A stretch of 64,000 bases of DNA from Lama guanicoe (lineage: Eukaryota): contig MU056050.1 of assembly GCA_013239625.1 (NCBI GenBank), positions 5,837,366-5,901,365 on the forward strand, in the 5' to 3' direction. The position numbers were made by a program, and so were the translations under genes. The stretch's first letter is position 1, and every line of letters begins with the position of its first letter. Shown here piece by piece: positions 1-12,940 of the stretch. The notes below the pieces were generated by a model. The model was not told the DNA's origin, ran no database searches, and saw only the letters and a list, made by a program, of their open reading frames with translations.

Positions 1-426
1 GGAGAAGTATTGATGGAATTTGAAGTGACCAGGAAAAATGCAGGTGTGCCCTCAGCTTCACAACTTGAACCGTGAAATATAAGAAAAACTGGTAGCAGGT
101 GGGGGGTATCGCTTTTGGCTCCCACGTCTGAACGTACCCAATTCAAAGTCGAGAGCTGCTACACACAAGACATTTGATGTACAGGGAACTGATATTTAAC
201 ATGAGATTTTCAATCATTATAAAAAGGTTTGCTAATACATAAGGGACAGACGTTGAGTTTAATTAAATGTGCTGGATAAAGGCTGTTTAACCTATAACTA
301 CAGTTGCTGAAAATCTTTCAAAAATTCAAAAATTCATTTGTCAGTTTTCCGTATGCGTGTGCCTACTCCCTTCTAGACACTGTGCTAGGTGTCACAATGA
401 CTCCAAACATTAAGAAATCACTGCAA

Positions 427-555
427 GGGGGAGGCTCTAACTCAAATGGGAGAATGAGTGCTTAGCATGCATGAGGTCCTGGGTTCCATCCCCAGTACCT
501 CCTCTAAAAAAGTAAGTAAGTAAACCTAATTATCTCCCCCAAAAATAAAAAATTA
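427..555 (+). mobile_element. tRNA-derived SINE, camelid Vic-1-like
   Basis: tRNA-like head ggggaggctctaactcaaatgg...gcttagcatgcatgaggtcctgggttccatccccagtacctcc, A-rich tail, TSD aagaa(a/g)tcactgc at 412-424 and 556-568; homologous to copies at 35230 and 57224. Confidence 0.85.
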
Positions 556-667
556 AAGAAGTCACTGCTCCTGCCTTCAATGAATGAACTCATAATCTCT
601 TAGGTGAAATCATTAGAACCCGACATACTCACTAAAAACAAACAGCTACTAGGGTTACAGTAGGAAC

Positions 668-900
668 AATTGCTAACATTTCTTGGGGGCTTATATGTTG
701 AATTTAAGTGATTCACAGACATTAACTCATTTAATCCTCCCAGTCATTCTACCACATGGATATGACTAGTATCCCCACTTAACAGGAGAAGCAATTGATA
801 TTCGGAGTATTTGAATCAACTGTTCCAAGTCCACCCAGAAAAGTGGTGGAACTGGGAATTGTACAGAGGGTGATCCCAAAGGCCATGCTTTTGAATTGCA
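668..900 (-). mobile_element. MIR SINE remnant
   Basis: attaactcatttaatcctc...atccccacttaacaggagaagcaattga resembles the reverse-complement MIR core. Confidence 0.6.
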
Positions 901-3900
901 TACTCTACTACTTCCCAGCAGGAGGATGTCTTTGATTCAAAGAAAGAAATCCACTTGGTCCAGAAGTTCAGGGAAGGTGATCTAGAGACATGAAAGTTTG
1001 CATAGTAGCACCCAGATCAGCATTCATGGTCGGATAGCTCCCCAGCTGCCCCTACAACTATTCTGCTACCACACAGCTAAGCTTGTTCCCAGCCTGATTT
1101 CACATGATCTGTCTAGGTCGTGGTCCTTCCTTTCCCAGCTTTGAGGATTCTTCTGGGCCATCTCAGGCATCTAAAAAGTAGATGCTAAAGAAACCTTCCT
1201 TCTTTAATTTCGAAACATTGTACTTCTCTGTTTTTACACCGGAATCTATAATCACCCTTCACAACTATGCAGTGTAGCCAAAAGGGTCTCATCAAAGTCA
1301 AAAGCAGGAAAACATGGATCCAGGTCTTCACAAAATGATACCTAAAGTCATTTCAATATCACTGAAGGACTAAATTGTGGGTCTACCAAGACATAGATTT
1401 AAATTATGATATTTCACATGTTCTTTTTATGTTACAATTATTCAGTTCTTTTGGGCTAAATTAAGATTGGGATCTTCAACCTCTTTTGACTAATGCCTAT
1501 TGTCAATCTCAGTTTCCCCATAACCATGCATTTTCCAGTAGTTACTATGCTGTCCTTTCTTTGTGTAAGGATATTTCACAAAAGGCAGGGTTTTCTGGCA
1601 GCCACAAACAGCTACCACCAATGCTATGGGAACAATTTTATAGAAACCACATGGCTAATTAACAGGATGCTCATAAAACAAGAGAGTCCTAAAATATTGA
1701 AATAGAACACTGGCTTCTAAATTAAGAAACATGGGGCAGGGGTGAGGGAAGGAAGAGATTCTTATATGATGACTGCTCCTCTCCCTCCATTATCTGAGTT
1801 GATCACATCCCTTGTGAGAAAAAAAAATTACTGTTTTAAAATCTCTTTAGCTATAATTAACATCCCACTGGTCTCTTCTGGCTTTTTTCTATGACAGAGA
1901 TTGTCTAACATGGACCTCTGACGGCTAAACTGTAAAAGATCTATAATCCCCAAAAGCTGTGAGCAAAATTCTGTGTATCTAAGTGCGGGGAGAAGGTTCA
2001 AAGCTGACTCTGCTTAGCTTCTCAACGTGGCCCTACCCCAAATCACTGCTCTGAAAGTTGTTGTAAAGCCTAGTGAGAGAACACATCCTAGATGATATGA
2101 GACCATAGCTAGCATTCCACATTTCTCCTCTTGATATTAATACTACTTCTGATTGCTGGAGGAAAACTTCAGAATCACACTAAACAGGGGAAGTTTTAGT
2201 ATATTTAATTACAGTGGAATTTCAATTCTGATATTTCAGTCATTGTGGCCAACTAGGAAAAGCTATCCCCAAGCCATTAACACTGCATTTAAATTTTGAT
2301 TCTTATTTTGTAGTTGGCTTTATTCCTTTGAAAACTATGTAAGTTTAAAAAGCTAAAGATCTAATCTGTTCTTAGAAACAATAATTAGTACATACACGTA
2401 AACTAAAAAAAAGTGCAGTATACTGTTTATATGTATTTACATGCAATATAATGTGTATGTGCAGTCGAACTGTAATAATTCTACATAATAAAACTGAAAA
2501 AGACAAAAAATCCTTTTATTTACCACCAAGAAAAAATTAATTAAAAATTCTGTCAGTTAACAAAAATAAAATAAAAATAAAAAAATAAAATATGATAGGA
2601 AAAATGGACCTCTTGGAATGAATGCTGGGTCCAACAGACCATTATTCTCTTTGATTGGAGTCTTCTTTCTGCTTTGGTTTTTGTGCTCTAACCTAGAACC
2701 CACTAAAGGACACTCAGAGAAAAAAGAAAAGGATATTTGCAAAGATTAAGGAAGCTCAGAATTTGTTTACAGGGCATTATTTCTACCACACTGTATATTC
2801 ACTGCCATGAAAGCAGAAAATAGTGAAATTAATCCTCACAAAGCAAATTAGGACAATATTGTGCTGGGTCACGTTGGTGGATTATCAGATTTCCATTCAT
2901 CAATCTTGAGCTATTGCTCTGCAAATACTCAAAACCTAATTTGATACTCTACATAAAGTTGGGACAAAGCCAATTGTATCCCCTCTCATTTGTCAGGATT
3001 TCATTCTTCTTAACAAAAAAGAAAAATCTAAAGAAATTGAAACAGTTGTATGATACAATGCTTTTCACTGTGCATCGTGGATGACTTTCTTTTTAGGTGC
3101 CATCTTTCCGTGTTAATTCATGGGTAAACTGGCACTGAGAGGAAAATACCATCATTTAGTGGCCTAGGGGAGGACTGCATTCACTTTTCGCTGGAACACA
3201 GCATGGCTGTCATCCATTGTATCTCAGGAGGAGGCCACACCATCCGCTTACACATTGATTGGAGCCACTATTCCAGAGGGAGAATCAAACCCATTGTACC
3301 TTGTTACAATAGAAGCTCAGATCATAGGACAGCCTTCTGGAGAAGCCAAGCAGGCAGTCAGCAACCAAAATCAAGCACCCACTGTGTGCAGAGCATGAGG
3401 CCAACGAATAATACATGTAGGCCCTCTCATGAGGGGATGCTCATTGACAATGATAATTGACTCAGGCCACATGGCTTAAGTCAATCTCTTCCCATTTAAG
3501 AGTAGTACCGATTACTGTACTCCTTCCACTCCATCCCTCATCTGAGTTCCCCAAACCTGCTTATTTGAACATGATTACTCCCCCCACATTAGAAATAACA
3601 GCCCTCTATTAAGATGGATGTGATTTTCTCACATGCAAGCAGACAGAGTGCCTGCCATCTGGGCTCTGAATGGAGTGTTGGCCCCTAGAAACAGGGATTG
3701 AAAAGACAGCTCATCTATTTGTGCGAGGCGCTACACTGTGGTGAACCTCATTGGGATTCTCCTGCCTTCTCACTTTTCGACCCCCTTCTCATGTAATTCC
3801 CCTGGCCTCCAGGAATCAACATCATCAACACTGCCTCTGAGGCTGGAGACTCAGAATGCTTTCCAATCATATCATGGGGTGATCTCCACCCCTCCCCAAT

Positions 3901-4462
3901 TATACACAGCTTGGGCAGGGCCAAGGAGGAGGACACTTGTTTTACCATCCTCTCTCTCTTGCCATTTCAGAAAATGCCCAGGAAAACAGCCAGGATTTGC
4001 ATACTTCTCTATAGAGTTGTTTAAGTCAGGCCATATAAAAAAGTACAAGGATCTAAGTTTACTTAAATTATTCAACTAAATGTGCATTTATTTTCTATTT
4101 ACTGTTAATTATTTCTCGCATGGGAATGAACATAAGAACGAAGAGTTGTCTATGAAATCTGAAGCGTGTTAACAAGAAATCAAGGGTGCTGTTAGGGGCA
4201 TGACAGTAACATCAACTGGCCTGGGGACCAAGTTTCTCAAGCAATGTTAACTCAGAAGTACTAAAGCGCTGTTTCAATGTCTTTAAAACATTTTTCTCTC
4301 ATACAAAAAGAAATGGTCTCTTTCCATTCTTTCACAACCATGCTGTGACTATATGTCTACTTTCATTGCATATAGTGTCATTATTACACATACTGACTGT
4401 CAAAACCAATAAAAGGAAAAGGAAGGGTGATGGTCCTCAACTGTCAAGTCTCCTGCATTCCA

Positions 4463-4948
4463 GGGGAGAGCAAGATGGCGGAGTAGGAGGATGTGGAGGT
4501 CACCTTCCTTCCCGAACACATCAAAAACACATCTACCTATGCAGCAGTTCTCCCTGAAAACTAACTAGAGACTGGCAGGAAGACCCTTATACAACCAAGG
4601 CTATAAAAAGGATCCAAAGGGCATCAGATAGGAAGGGAAGAGAAGCAATCAGATCGGGCCTGTGCCCACATGAGGGCACACAGAGAGGCGAGGAGTTAGA
4701 TGGGCTCAGAGATCCTCTCTGGGGAGTGAGTCATTTAAACCACATTTTGGGCACCCAGACCTGGGGTCTGACAATAGGAAAAAGAGCACTCTTAGCTGGA
4801 TTGAAAGACACTGGATCTAATAAGAGGTCTCCAAGTACCCTAGAGTCCACTAGTGATGTGTGCAAACACACTTGCTTACCCCCAAAACAAAGAAGGGGAA
4901 GCAGACTGCCTGGAACTCTGGTCAGTTCCCCAGGACCACCCCAGCACC
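4463..4948 (+). mobile_element. L1 5' UTR fragment (promoter end)
   Basis: Starts ggggagagCAAGATGGCGGagtaggagg (YY1-type motif typical of L1 5' termini); homologous to 50580-50735. Confidence 0.75.
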
Positions 4949-5149
4949 TTCAGTAAACACCACTGATGCCTACTATGCAGATACTTCAAATAGAAATACC
5001 ACATAATTTTCCCAAACTCAAGTAGCTTGCACTCTCTTTAAGGAGGAAACACATGAAAAAAATAATTACAAACCAGTATGAGAGAAATCCCCTGAGAATG
5101 GTATGAATTTGTTTTGAAATTCAGGGGGCAGTTACATCTGTTTTCACAA

Positions 5150-5345
5150 TGGGAACAGCTACCTTTTATTGGGTGGTTACTTATAGGCCAGGCGTGTGCT
5201 AAGTTTTTCATGCATTACAGCTTAATTCCTCCCCACAAAAATAATAGAATCTACTTCACAGGGCTGTCATCATGTTCCAGGTTAGGAAACTGAGGCTCTC
5301 AGAGGGTAGGTAAGCTGCATCAAGGTCGCAGATCACAAGAGGTAG
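5150..5345 (-). mobile_element. MIR SINE remnant
   Basis: ggaaactgaggctctcagagggtaggtaagctgcatcaaggtcgca resembles the reverse MIR core. Confidence 0.6.
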
Positions 5346-5399
5346 CTCAGCCTACAGTAGTAAAGACATGACGTGAGGCTGGGGAAGGGACTCCAAGCA

Positions 5400-5890
5400 T
5401 CATATATGACGAGATGTTTATTGACCTGCAGCCTACAGAACACAAGAGTTTATTGCTGAGTAGGGATAAGGATGTTGTTAAAGGCAAGGAAAATCTTGAA
5501 TAAAGCCATTGTAAGTGGGGAAATCAAGATTTATTCTAAAAAGCATGATGAAGATTTTTGACTAAAGTCCCTAGGGAGTCAGTGGGACAGAAGGTCTCTG
5601 GGACAGATGATGGCGGGCCTTGATAAGTGTATATTCAGTTGACAACTGGGAATCACGAAGCTTCTGAGTGGGGAGATGAAGTGATAACAGCAATGATTTC
5701 AGCAGATTCATCTGGCAAGGTGACAGGATGCACAGAAGTGACAGAGGCTGGAGGTAGGGAAATCAGTTAATAGACTCTAAAGCATACAGACAATGAGGGT
5801 GACTACTGAGGGGAGGAAATACATTTATAAGACACTGTCAAATAACAGTCACCAGACCTGGTGACTAGAGATGAAAAGAAAGACAGAATC
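5400..5890 (-). mobile_element. L2 LINE remnant, continues at about 10926-11080 after the L1 insertion
   Basis: Purine-rich L2-like text (gattcatctggcaag...ctggaggtagggaaatcagttaatagactc...gacctggtgact); resumes after the L1 with gatggtgagtctgttttcctttgg. Confidence 0.55.
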
Positions 5891-6179
5891 AAAAAGCACA
5901 TAAAGCCACGAAGCTGGCACAAGCCTCTACACCAGCCTCACCCACCAGGGCACAGAAACCAGAAGCAAGAAGACTGTGATCCCACAGCCTGTGGAATGCG
6001 TCTGCAGACACAGGCCAGACCCGACCCTGGGACCAGCTGGCCCCTGGCCCTTGGGTGATGAGAGAAGAGTGCACTGCTGGGATGCACAGAACGTCTCCTC
6101 CAGAGGGCCACTTCTCCAAGGTCAAGAAATGTAACTAAACTACCACATATATAAAAAAACAAATAGAAATTCAGACCAA

Positions 6180-7083
6180 ATGATGTGAAAGAGGAATATG
6201 TTCAAGACAAAGGGAACAAGAAAAAACCCCAGAAGAGGAACTAAGTGACAGGGAGAGAGGCAATCTACCAGAAAAAAGAGTTCACATTAACGATTGTAAA
6301 GATCATAAAAGAACTTCAAAGGAGAATAGATGTAACACAGCAAGAAGTTCGAAGTTTGTAACAAAGAGTTATAAAATATAAAGAACAACCAGAGTTCAAG
6401 AGTACAATAACTGAAATCAAAACTATACTGGAATGAATCAATCATGGACTAAGTGAAGCAGAAGAACAGATCAGTGAGCTGGAAGACAAAGTAGTGGAAA
6501 TCACTGCCACAGAACAGAAAACAAAACAAAAAAAGAATGAAAAGAAATGAAGACAGATGAAGAGACCTCTAGGACAACATCAAGTGCACTTAATAATATT
6601 CACACTGTAGGGGTCCCAAGAGGAGAAGAGAGAAAGGGCCTCATAAAATACTTTAAGAGATAATAGCTGAAAACTTCCCAAACATAGAAACAGTCTCCCA
6701 AGTCCAGGTTGCACAAATAGTCCCATACAGGATTAACCCTAAGAGGAACACACCGAGACATATTGTAATTAAAATAATAAAAATTAAAGATACAGAGAAA
6801 ATACTAAAAACAACAAGAGAAAAGCAACAAATACCATACTAGGGAACTCCCATAAGACTATCAGGTGGTTTTTCAGCAGAAACTCTGCTGGCCAGAAGGG
6901 AGAGGCATGATATATCTGAAGTGATGAAAGAAAAAAAAAAAACTGACAACCAATAATACTCTACACAGCAAAGCTCTTCATCAGATGTGATGAGGACATC
7001 ACAAGATTTACTGACAAGCCAAAGCTAAAAGAATTCACCACCACCAAACCAGCTTTACCACAAATACTAAGAAACTTCTCTAG
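6180..7083 (+). pseudogene. L1 ORF1 remnant
   Basis: ORF1-type segments gaagcagaagaacagatcagtgagctggaagac, atagctgaaaacttccca, cccataagactatcag...ttttcagcagaaactctg; many stops and frameshifts. Confidence 0.8.
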
Positions 7084-7554
7084 GCAGAAAACGGTATAAC
7101 TAGAAACAAGAAAACTATAAAAGGGAAAAGCTCACTGGGAAAGGCAAACATGCAGTAAGGGTAGGATATCATCCACACAAACTAGTGGGGAGGTGAAATG
7201 AAAAAAGTAGGGAAATTATTTGTATCCACAATAAGCAGTTGAGAGATACATAAAATAATGAGATGTAAAATATGATACCAAAAACAGTCATTCTGAGGTG
7301 AGGGCAATACAAATGCAGAGAATTTGAAATGAATTTGATAATAACAGATCAGAAACTTAAAGCAATCACATGTATATACCCTCTATACCAAAAAGTTACG
7401 TTAACTGCAAACAAAACAAAAAAACTATAATAGACACACACACAAGAAGAAAAGGGAATCGAAACATAACACTAAATATACTCACCAAATCACAAGAGGA
7501 CAAAAGAAAAGGGAAAAAAAGACCTACAAAAACAGATCCAAAACAATTAACAAA

Positions 7555-10500
7555 ATTCCAATAGGAACATACATACTGATAATTTCCCTAAATGTAACTG
7601 GATTATATGTTCCAACCAAAGGACATACACTGGCTGAATGGATACAAAACTAAGACTCATACATTTGCGGCCTACAAGAGATTCAAGATCTAGAGACACG
7701 TACAGACTGAGGGTAAGGAGATAAAAAAAAAAAAAGGTATTCCACACATGGAAATCAAAAGAAAGCTGGAGTAGCAACACTTACATCAGAAAAAATAGTC
7801 TTTAAAGACTGTTACAAAAGACACAGAAGGTCACTATATAATGATCAAGGGATCAATCCAAGAACATATAACATTTGTAAATACATATACACACAACACA
7901 GAGCACATCAGTATATAAAGCAAATGTTAACAGACATAAAGGAAAAAACTGAAAGTAACAATAGAGGGGGACGTTAACACCTCACTTACATCAATGGACA
8001 AATCATCCAGACAGAAAAATCGATAAGGAAACACAGGCCTTAAATGATACATTAGAGCAAATGGACTTAACTGATATTTATAGAGCATTCTAATCAAAAG
8101 CAGGAGAATACACATTCTGCTCCAGTGCACAAGGAGCATTCTCCAGGATAAATCACAAGCTGGGCCACAAAGCAAAGCCTTGGTACATTTAAGAAAACTG
8201 AAATTTCAGGCATCTTTTCTGACCACAACACTATGAGATTAGAAATCAACTGCAAGGAAAAGAAAACTGCAAAACACACAAACACATGGAAGCTAAACAA
8301 TATGCTACTAAACAACCAATGGATCACTGAAAAAAATCAAAGAGGACACCAAAAAATACTTTGAGACAAATGAAAACAAAAACACAATGATCCAAAACCT
8401 ATGGGATGCAGTAAAAGTAGTTCTAGGAAGGAAGTTTCTAGCTACACAAAGTTACCTCAGGAAACAAGAAAAATCTGAAATAAACAACCTAACCTTACAC
8501 CTCAAGCAACTAGAGAAAGAAGAAAAAACAAAACCCAAAGTTAGTAGAAGGAATCATAAAGATTAGAGCTAGAGATAGAAATAGAGAAAAGATCAATGAA
8601 ACTAAAATCTGGTTCTTTGAAAAAAGATAAACAAAATTGATAAACCTTTAGTCAGACTCATCAAGAAAAAAGGAGAGGGCCCAAATCAATAAAATCAGAA
8701 ATGAAAAAGGAGAAGTTATAACAGACACCACAGAAATACAGGGGATCATAAGATGCTACTACAAGCAACTATACACCAATAAATGGACTATCTAGAAGAA
8801 ATGGACAAATTCTTAAAAAAAATACAATCTCCCAAGACTGAACCAGGAAGACACAAAAAATATGAACACATCAATTACCAGTACTGAAATTGAATCACTA
8901 ATTTTAAAAACCCCAACAAACAAAAGTCTGGGACCAGATGGCTTCAGAGGCAAATTCTACCAAGCATTTAGAGAAGAGTTAACTAACACTCATCCTTCTG
9001 AAACTATTCAGAAATATTGCAGAGGAAGGAACACTTCTGAACTCATTCTGTGAGGCCACCATCACCCTGATGCCAAAACCAGACAAAGATATCACACAAA
9101 AAAGAAAATTACAGGCCAATATCATGGATGAACACAGACACAAAAATCTTCAAAAAATACTAGTAAACCAACTCCAGGAAGACATAAAAAGGATCATACA
9201 CCACCACGATCAAGTGGAATTTATCCCAGAGACGCAAGGATTTTTCAATATCCACAAATCAACATGATACATACACCACATTAACAAAGTGAACAATTAA
9301 AACCATATGATCATCAGTAGATGGAGAAAAAGCTTTTGATAAAATTCACCACCCATTTATGATCAAAACTCCAGAATGTGGGCATAGAGGTAACATATCT
9401 CAACATAATAAAGGTTATATATAACAAACCCACAGCTAACATCATACTTAATGGTGAAAAGTTGAAAGCATTTGCTCTAAGATCAGGAACTAGACAAGGA
9501 TATCAACTCTCGCTACTTTTATTCAACATAGGTTTGGAAGTCATAGCTACATCAGTCAGAGAAGAAAAAAACATAAAAGGAAGTCAAACTGGAAAAGTAG
9601 TGAAACTCTCACTGTTTGCAGATGACATGATACTATACATAGAAAATCCTAAGGACGCTACCAGAACACAACTAGAGCTCATCAATGAATTTATAAAGTT
9701 GCAGAATACAAACATTAATACACAGAAATCTGTTGCACTTCTATGCACTAACAAAATATCAGAAAAAGAAATTAAGAAAACAATCCCATTTATCATCACA
9801 TAAAAAGAATAAAATACCTAGGAATAAACCTACCTGGGAAGCAAAAGAACTGAACTCTGAAAAGAATAAGATGCTTCTAAAAGATACTGAAGACAATACA
9901 AGGAGATGGAAAGATATACCATGTTCTTGGATTAGAAAAATCAATTATTGTTAAAATACGCATGCTACCCAAAGCAATTCATAGATTCAATGCAATCCCT
10001 ATCAAATTACCAATGGCATCTGTCACAGAACTGGAACAAAAATTTTTTAATTTGTGTGGAAACACAAAAGACCCCAAATAGCCAAAACAATCTTAAGAAG
10101 AACACAGCTGGAGGAAGCATGCCCCCTGACTTCACACTATACTACAAAGCTACAGTAACCAAAACAGTATGGTACTGGCACAAAAATAGACACACAGATC
10201 AATGGAACAGGACAGAAAGCCCAGAAATAAACCCACGCACTTATGGTCAATTAATCTAGGACAAAGGAGATAAGAATATACAACAGAGAATCCATTCCAT
10301 TCAGAAATCCTTCTACTGGGAATATACTTGGACAAAACTCTAGTTTGAAAAGATAGATGCACCCCAATGTTCATTGTTGCACTATTTACAATAGCCAAGA
10401 CATGGAAGCAATGTAAATTTACATTAACAGTTGAAGGAATAAACTGTATATATGTAGGTGTCTGAGTGTAATGGAATATTATTCATCCAATGCCATTTGC
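7555..10500 (+). pseudogene. L1 ORF2 remnant (endonuclease + reverse transcriptase), disrupted
   Basis: RT motif LFADD inside ORF 9378-9803; endonuclease-region text from about 7560; many frameshifts. Confidence 0.9.
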
Positions 10501-11499
10501 AGCAACATTGATGGGCCTACTGATTATCATTTTAAGCGAAGTAAGTCAGAGAAAGACAAATAACATATGGTAACACTATATGTGGATCTTAAAAAAACAA
10601 TAAAAATGAACTTATTTACAAATCAGAAATAGACTCACAGGCATACAAAACAACTTATGGTTACCAAAGAGGAAGAGGGGAGGGATAAATTAGGACTTAG
10701 GATTAACATATACGTGCTACTATATATAAAATAGACAACAAGGACCTACTGTACAGCACAGGGAACTATATTCAGTATCTTGTAATAACCTCTAATGGAA
10801 AAGAATCTGAGAAAGAATTGATATGTAATATGTAGAACTAAATCACTGTGTTGTACACCTGAAACTAACACAAAACTATTTAAAACTATATATAAATTTT
10901 AAAAATTTAGAAAACAAAAAAAGCAGCTGAAAAACTGCTGGATACAGTAATAAGTACACCAAGAAAAGGAGGTGGTGCGGGGTAGAGGATGGTGAGTCTG
11001 TTTTCCTTTGGTTTGTATTTGAGCTATCTGGAACAACTAAGAAATTCAAAACAGCAAATACTGTCCTTTGGACCTGAGTGTTGTGGATTTTCAGACATTC
11101 AAGTTGGATATCACAATCTCCTTCAGAGCTTTTTGAACAAAGTAGTCATATTTCAGAAAGTCGTATCTAAGTGGAAAATGGGTCATCTTCCCACAAATCC
11201 ACATTCAATCAGTTCACTGCTTAGCCACTGCAAGCAATGCCCCTGACGGCGAAATTTTTAAAGGTATGTCTGCCTCACAGAAACATTCCCTTTTGTAAGC
11301 CTGTTAACAAAGGGCCATTGCTTATTTCCAACTTTTTCTTTGTCAGAACACAATGTAATGTTGGCTGGTCCTCTTTACAGCAATACTTTTCTGATCAGAG
11401 TTACGTGGTTTTCTTGGCAATGTGGCTGTCACTGAACATTCTTTAATCTTATCTAAAGCATCAAATAATAACAAAATCCCAAGATAGCATTTGTGTAGT

Positions 11500-11710
11500 A
11501 CATTATAGTTCACAAAGAACATCCACATATATAGTATCTTATTTGGTTTTCACAACAAAGCTATTGATGTATATACCGCTGTCTTTATCTTATCAGTGAA
11601 GAAGTTGGGGTTCAGAATGTTTTGTAATTTCCCTAAGGTCACAGCGTCTAATAAATTACAGAGCAGGGATTCGAATCTAAGTTCTCTGATCTACTGTTCT
11701 TCCTATACCA
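11500..11710 (-). mobile_element. MIR SINE remnant
   Basis: ccctaaggtcacagcgtctaataaattacagagcagggattcgaatctaagttctctga. Confidence 0.65.
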
Positions 11711-12734
11711 CAAATCATCCCTCTTGTATAACCAAATGTAATTACTTTTTCTCAAAAGAATGACTTTTAACCACCACCACGATCCCTGGAAGCTACTGCA
11801 AAATCAATAGAGCTCTAGTTTATCCTCAGTGAAGTTAACTACAATGGTTCCTTTGAATTATCCTTAGTGTGCCATTAAAATAAAGGATTGATATTGAGCA
11901 GGCATTGGGAATCATCAATTACCAACAATGTATCAAGTCTCTCATAACTCACTGCTAATATTAGCTGCTATTTATTCATGTATCCATTGGATAAACACTG
12001 AGTGAGGACCATACTATGCCCATGCACTGTGCTAGATAGATGCTGGGGATAACATGAGGTCTATAGCTAAGTAGGGAGAACACTGGATCAGAAGTCAGGA
12101 CTTACGACTTCAGTCTGGCTCCATCACTAATTATCTATGTTGCCTTGGGCAAGCCATTAAATGTCTTCTGTGCCTCATGTATTTACATGACTCCATACAA
12201 TTCAAATAAGAAAATGTGCCTGAAAGAATTCTACACACGCTAACCTCCAGAAAACCGGGAGGTTTGATCAGGAAAAAGAGGACCACAAACGGACACAGTA
12301 AGACAAACAGGGATGGGGTGGGAAATCCAATCACTAATTTAAACAATCGAATTTTTAAAATAACTTATGTCTCATTACTGTTGAGTACACACAGTAACAA
12401 CAACAGTGACTGAGTACACTGACTACACACACACAGGCCGAATTAAGTCACACAAGAAATATCCAATTTCTTACTAGTACTTTCAAAATTTTGAAAAATT
12501 TCTAAATTCAAGAACTTCAGCAGCTGCTTTTTGTTCCCTAAATAATCTCTGTGCGAAAACAGATCTTGCCAAAGATTCCTAACACGGTCCTACCCAAACT
12601 GCTTAAATGAATTTCTGGACGTTTTGGAAGAACACTAATTCTTTCTTCCCAAATAATCTTAAATGGAACCGCTCTTCTCCGGCCCCACTACAAATGCCTT
12701 AGTTTGAGTCCCTGTCACCTTTCACCTGAGCTAC

Positions 12735-12940
12735 AACAGCAGCTTGAGTACCAGCTCTGCCACCTACTAGCCATGTGAGCGCTGATGACTTACTTAACTT
12801 CTCTGAGCCTCAATTCCCTCCTCTTTCAAAAGCGGAGATAACAGTAATACCTACCTTATGGGATTGTTGAGTAAAATGGGAAAAAGTTTAAAAAGTACAG
12901 AAGACTGCAGTGTCTGGCACACAGTGAACACTTTCTGGAC
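12735..12940 (+). mobile_element. MIR SINE remnant
   Basis: ccagctctgccacctactagccatgtgagc...acttacttaacttctctgagcctcaattccctc, classic MIR core. Confidence 0.8.

Larger units (their letters stand above)
5899..10920 (+). mobile_element. Decayed, 5'-truncated L1 LINE (partial 5' UTR, ORF1, spacer, ORF2 with internal deletion, 3' UTR, A-tail)
   Basis: ORF track shows ORF2 segments ([57 protein letters not shown]); A-rich tail; TSD aaaaagca at 5891-5898 and 10918-10925. Confidence 0.95.

Noticed and set aside
427..500. tRNA-like sequences here and at 35230 and 57260
   Set aside because: They are SINE heads with tails and TSDs, not tRNA genes.
2610..2735. Minus-strand pyrimidine tract followed by frame LEHKNQSRKKTPIKENNGLLDPAFIPR
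   Set aside because: Donor (GAG|gtccat) is poor and the peptide is unrecognised.
3070..4080. Overlapping ORFs in moderately GC-rich sequence; possible pseudogene or ERV internal remnant
   Set aside because: No recognisable protein motif or element boundary; cannot assign without a search.
11126..11270. Plus-strand segment ending in donor AAG|gtatgt
   Set aside because: Closed in all frames from the better acceptor; the alternative acceptor is weak and its peptide unrecognised.
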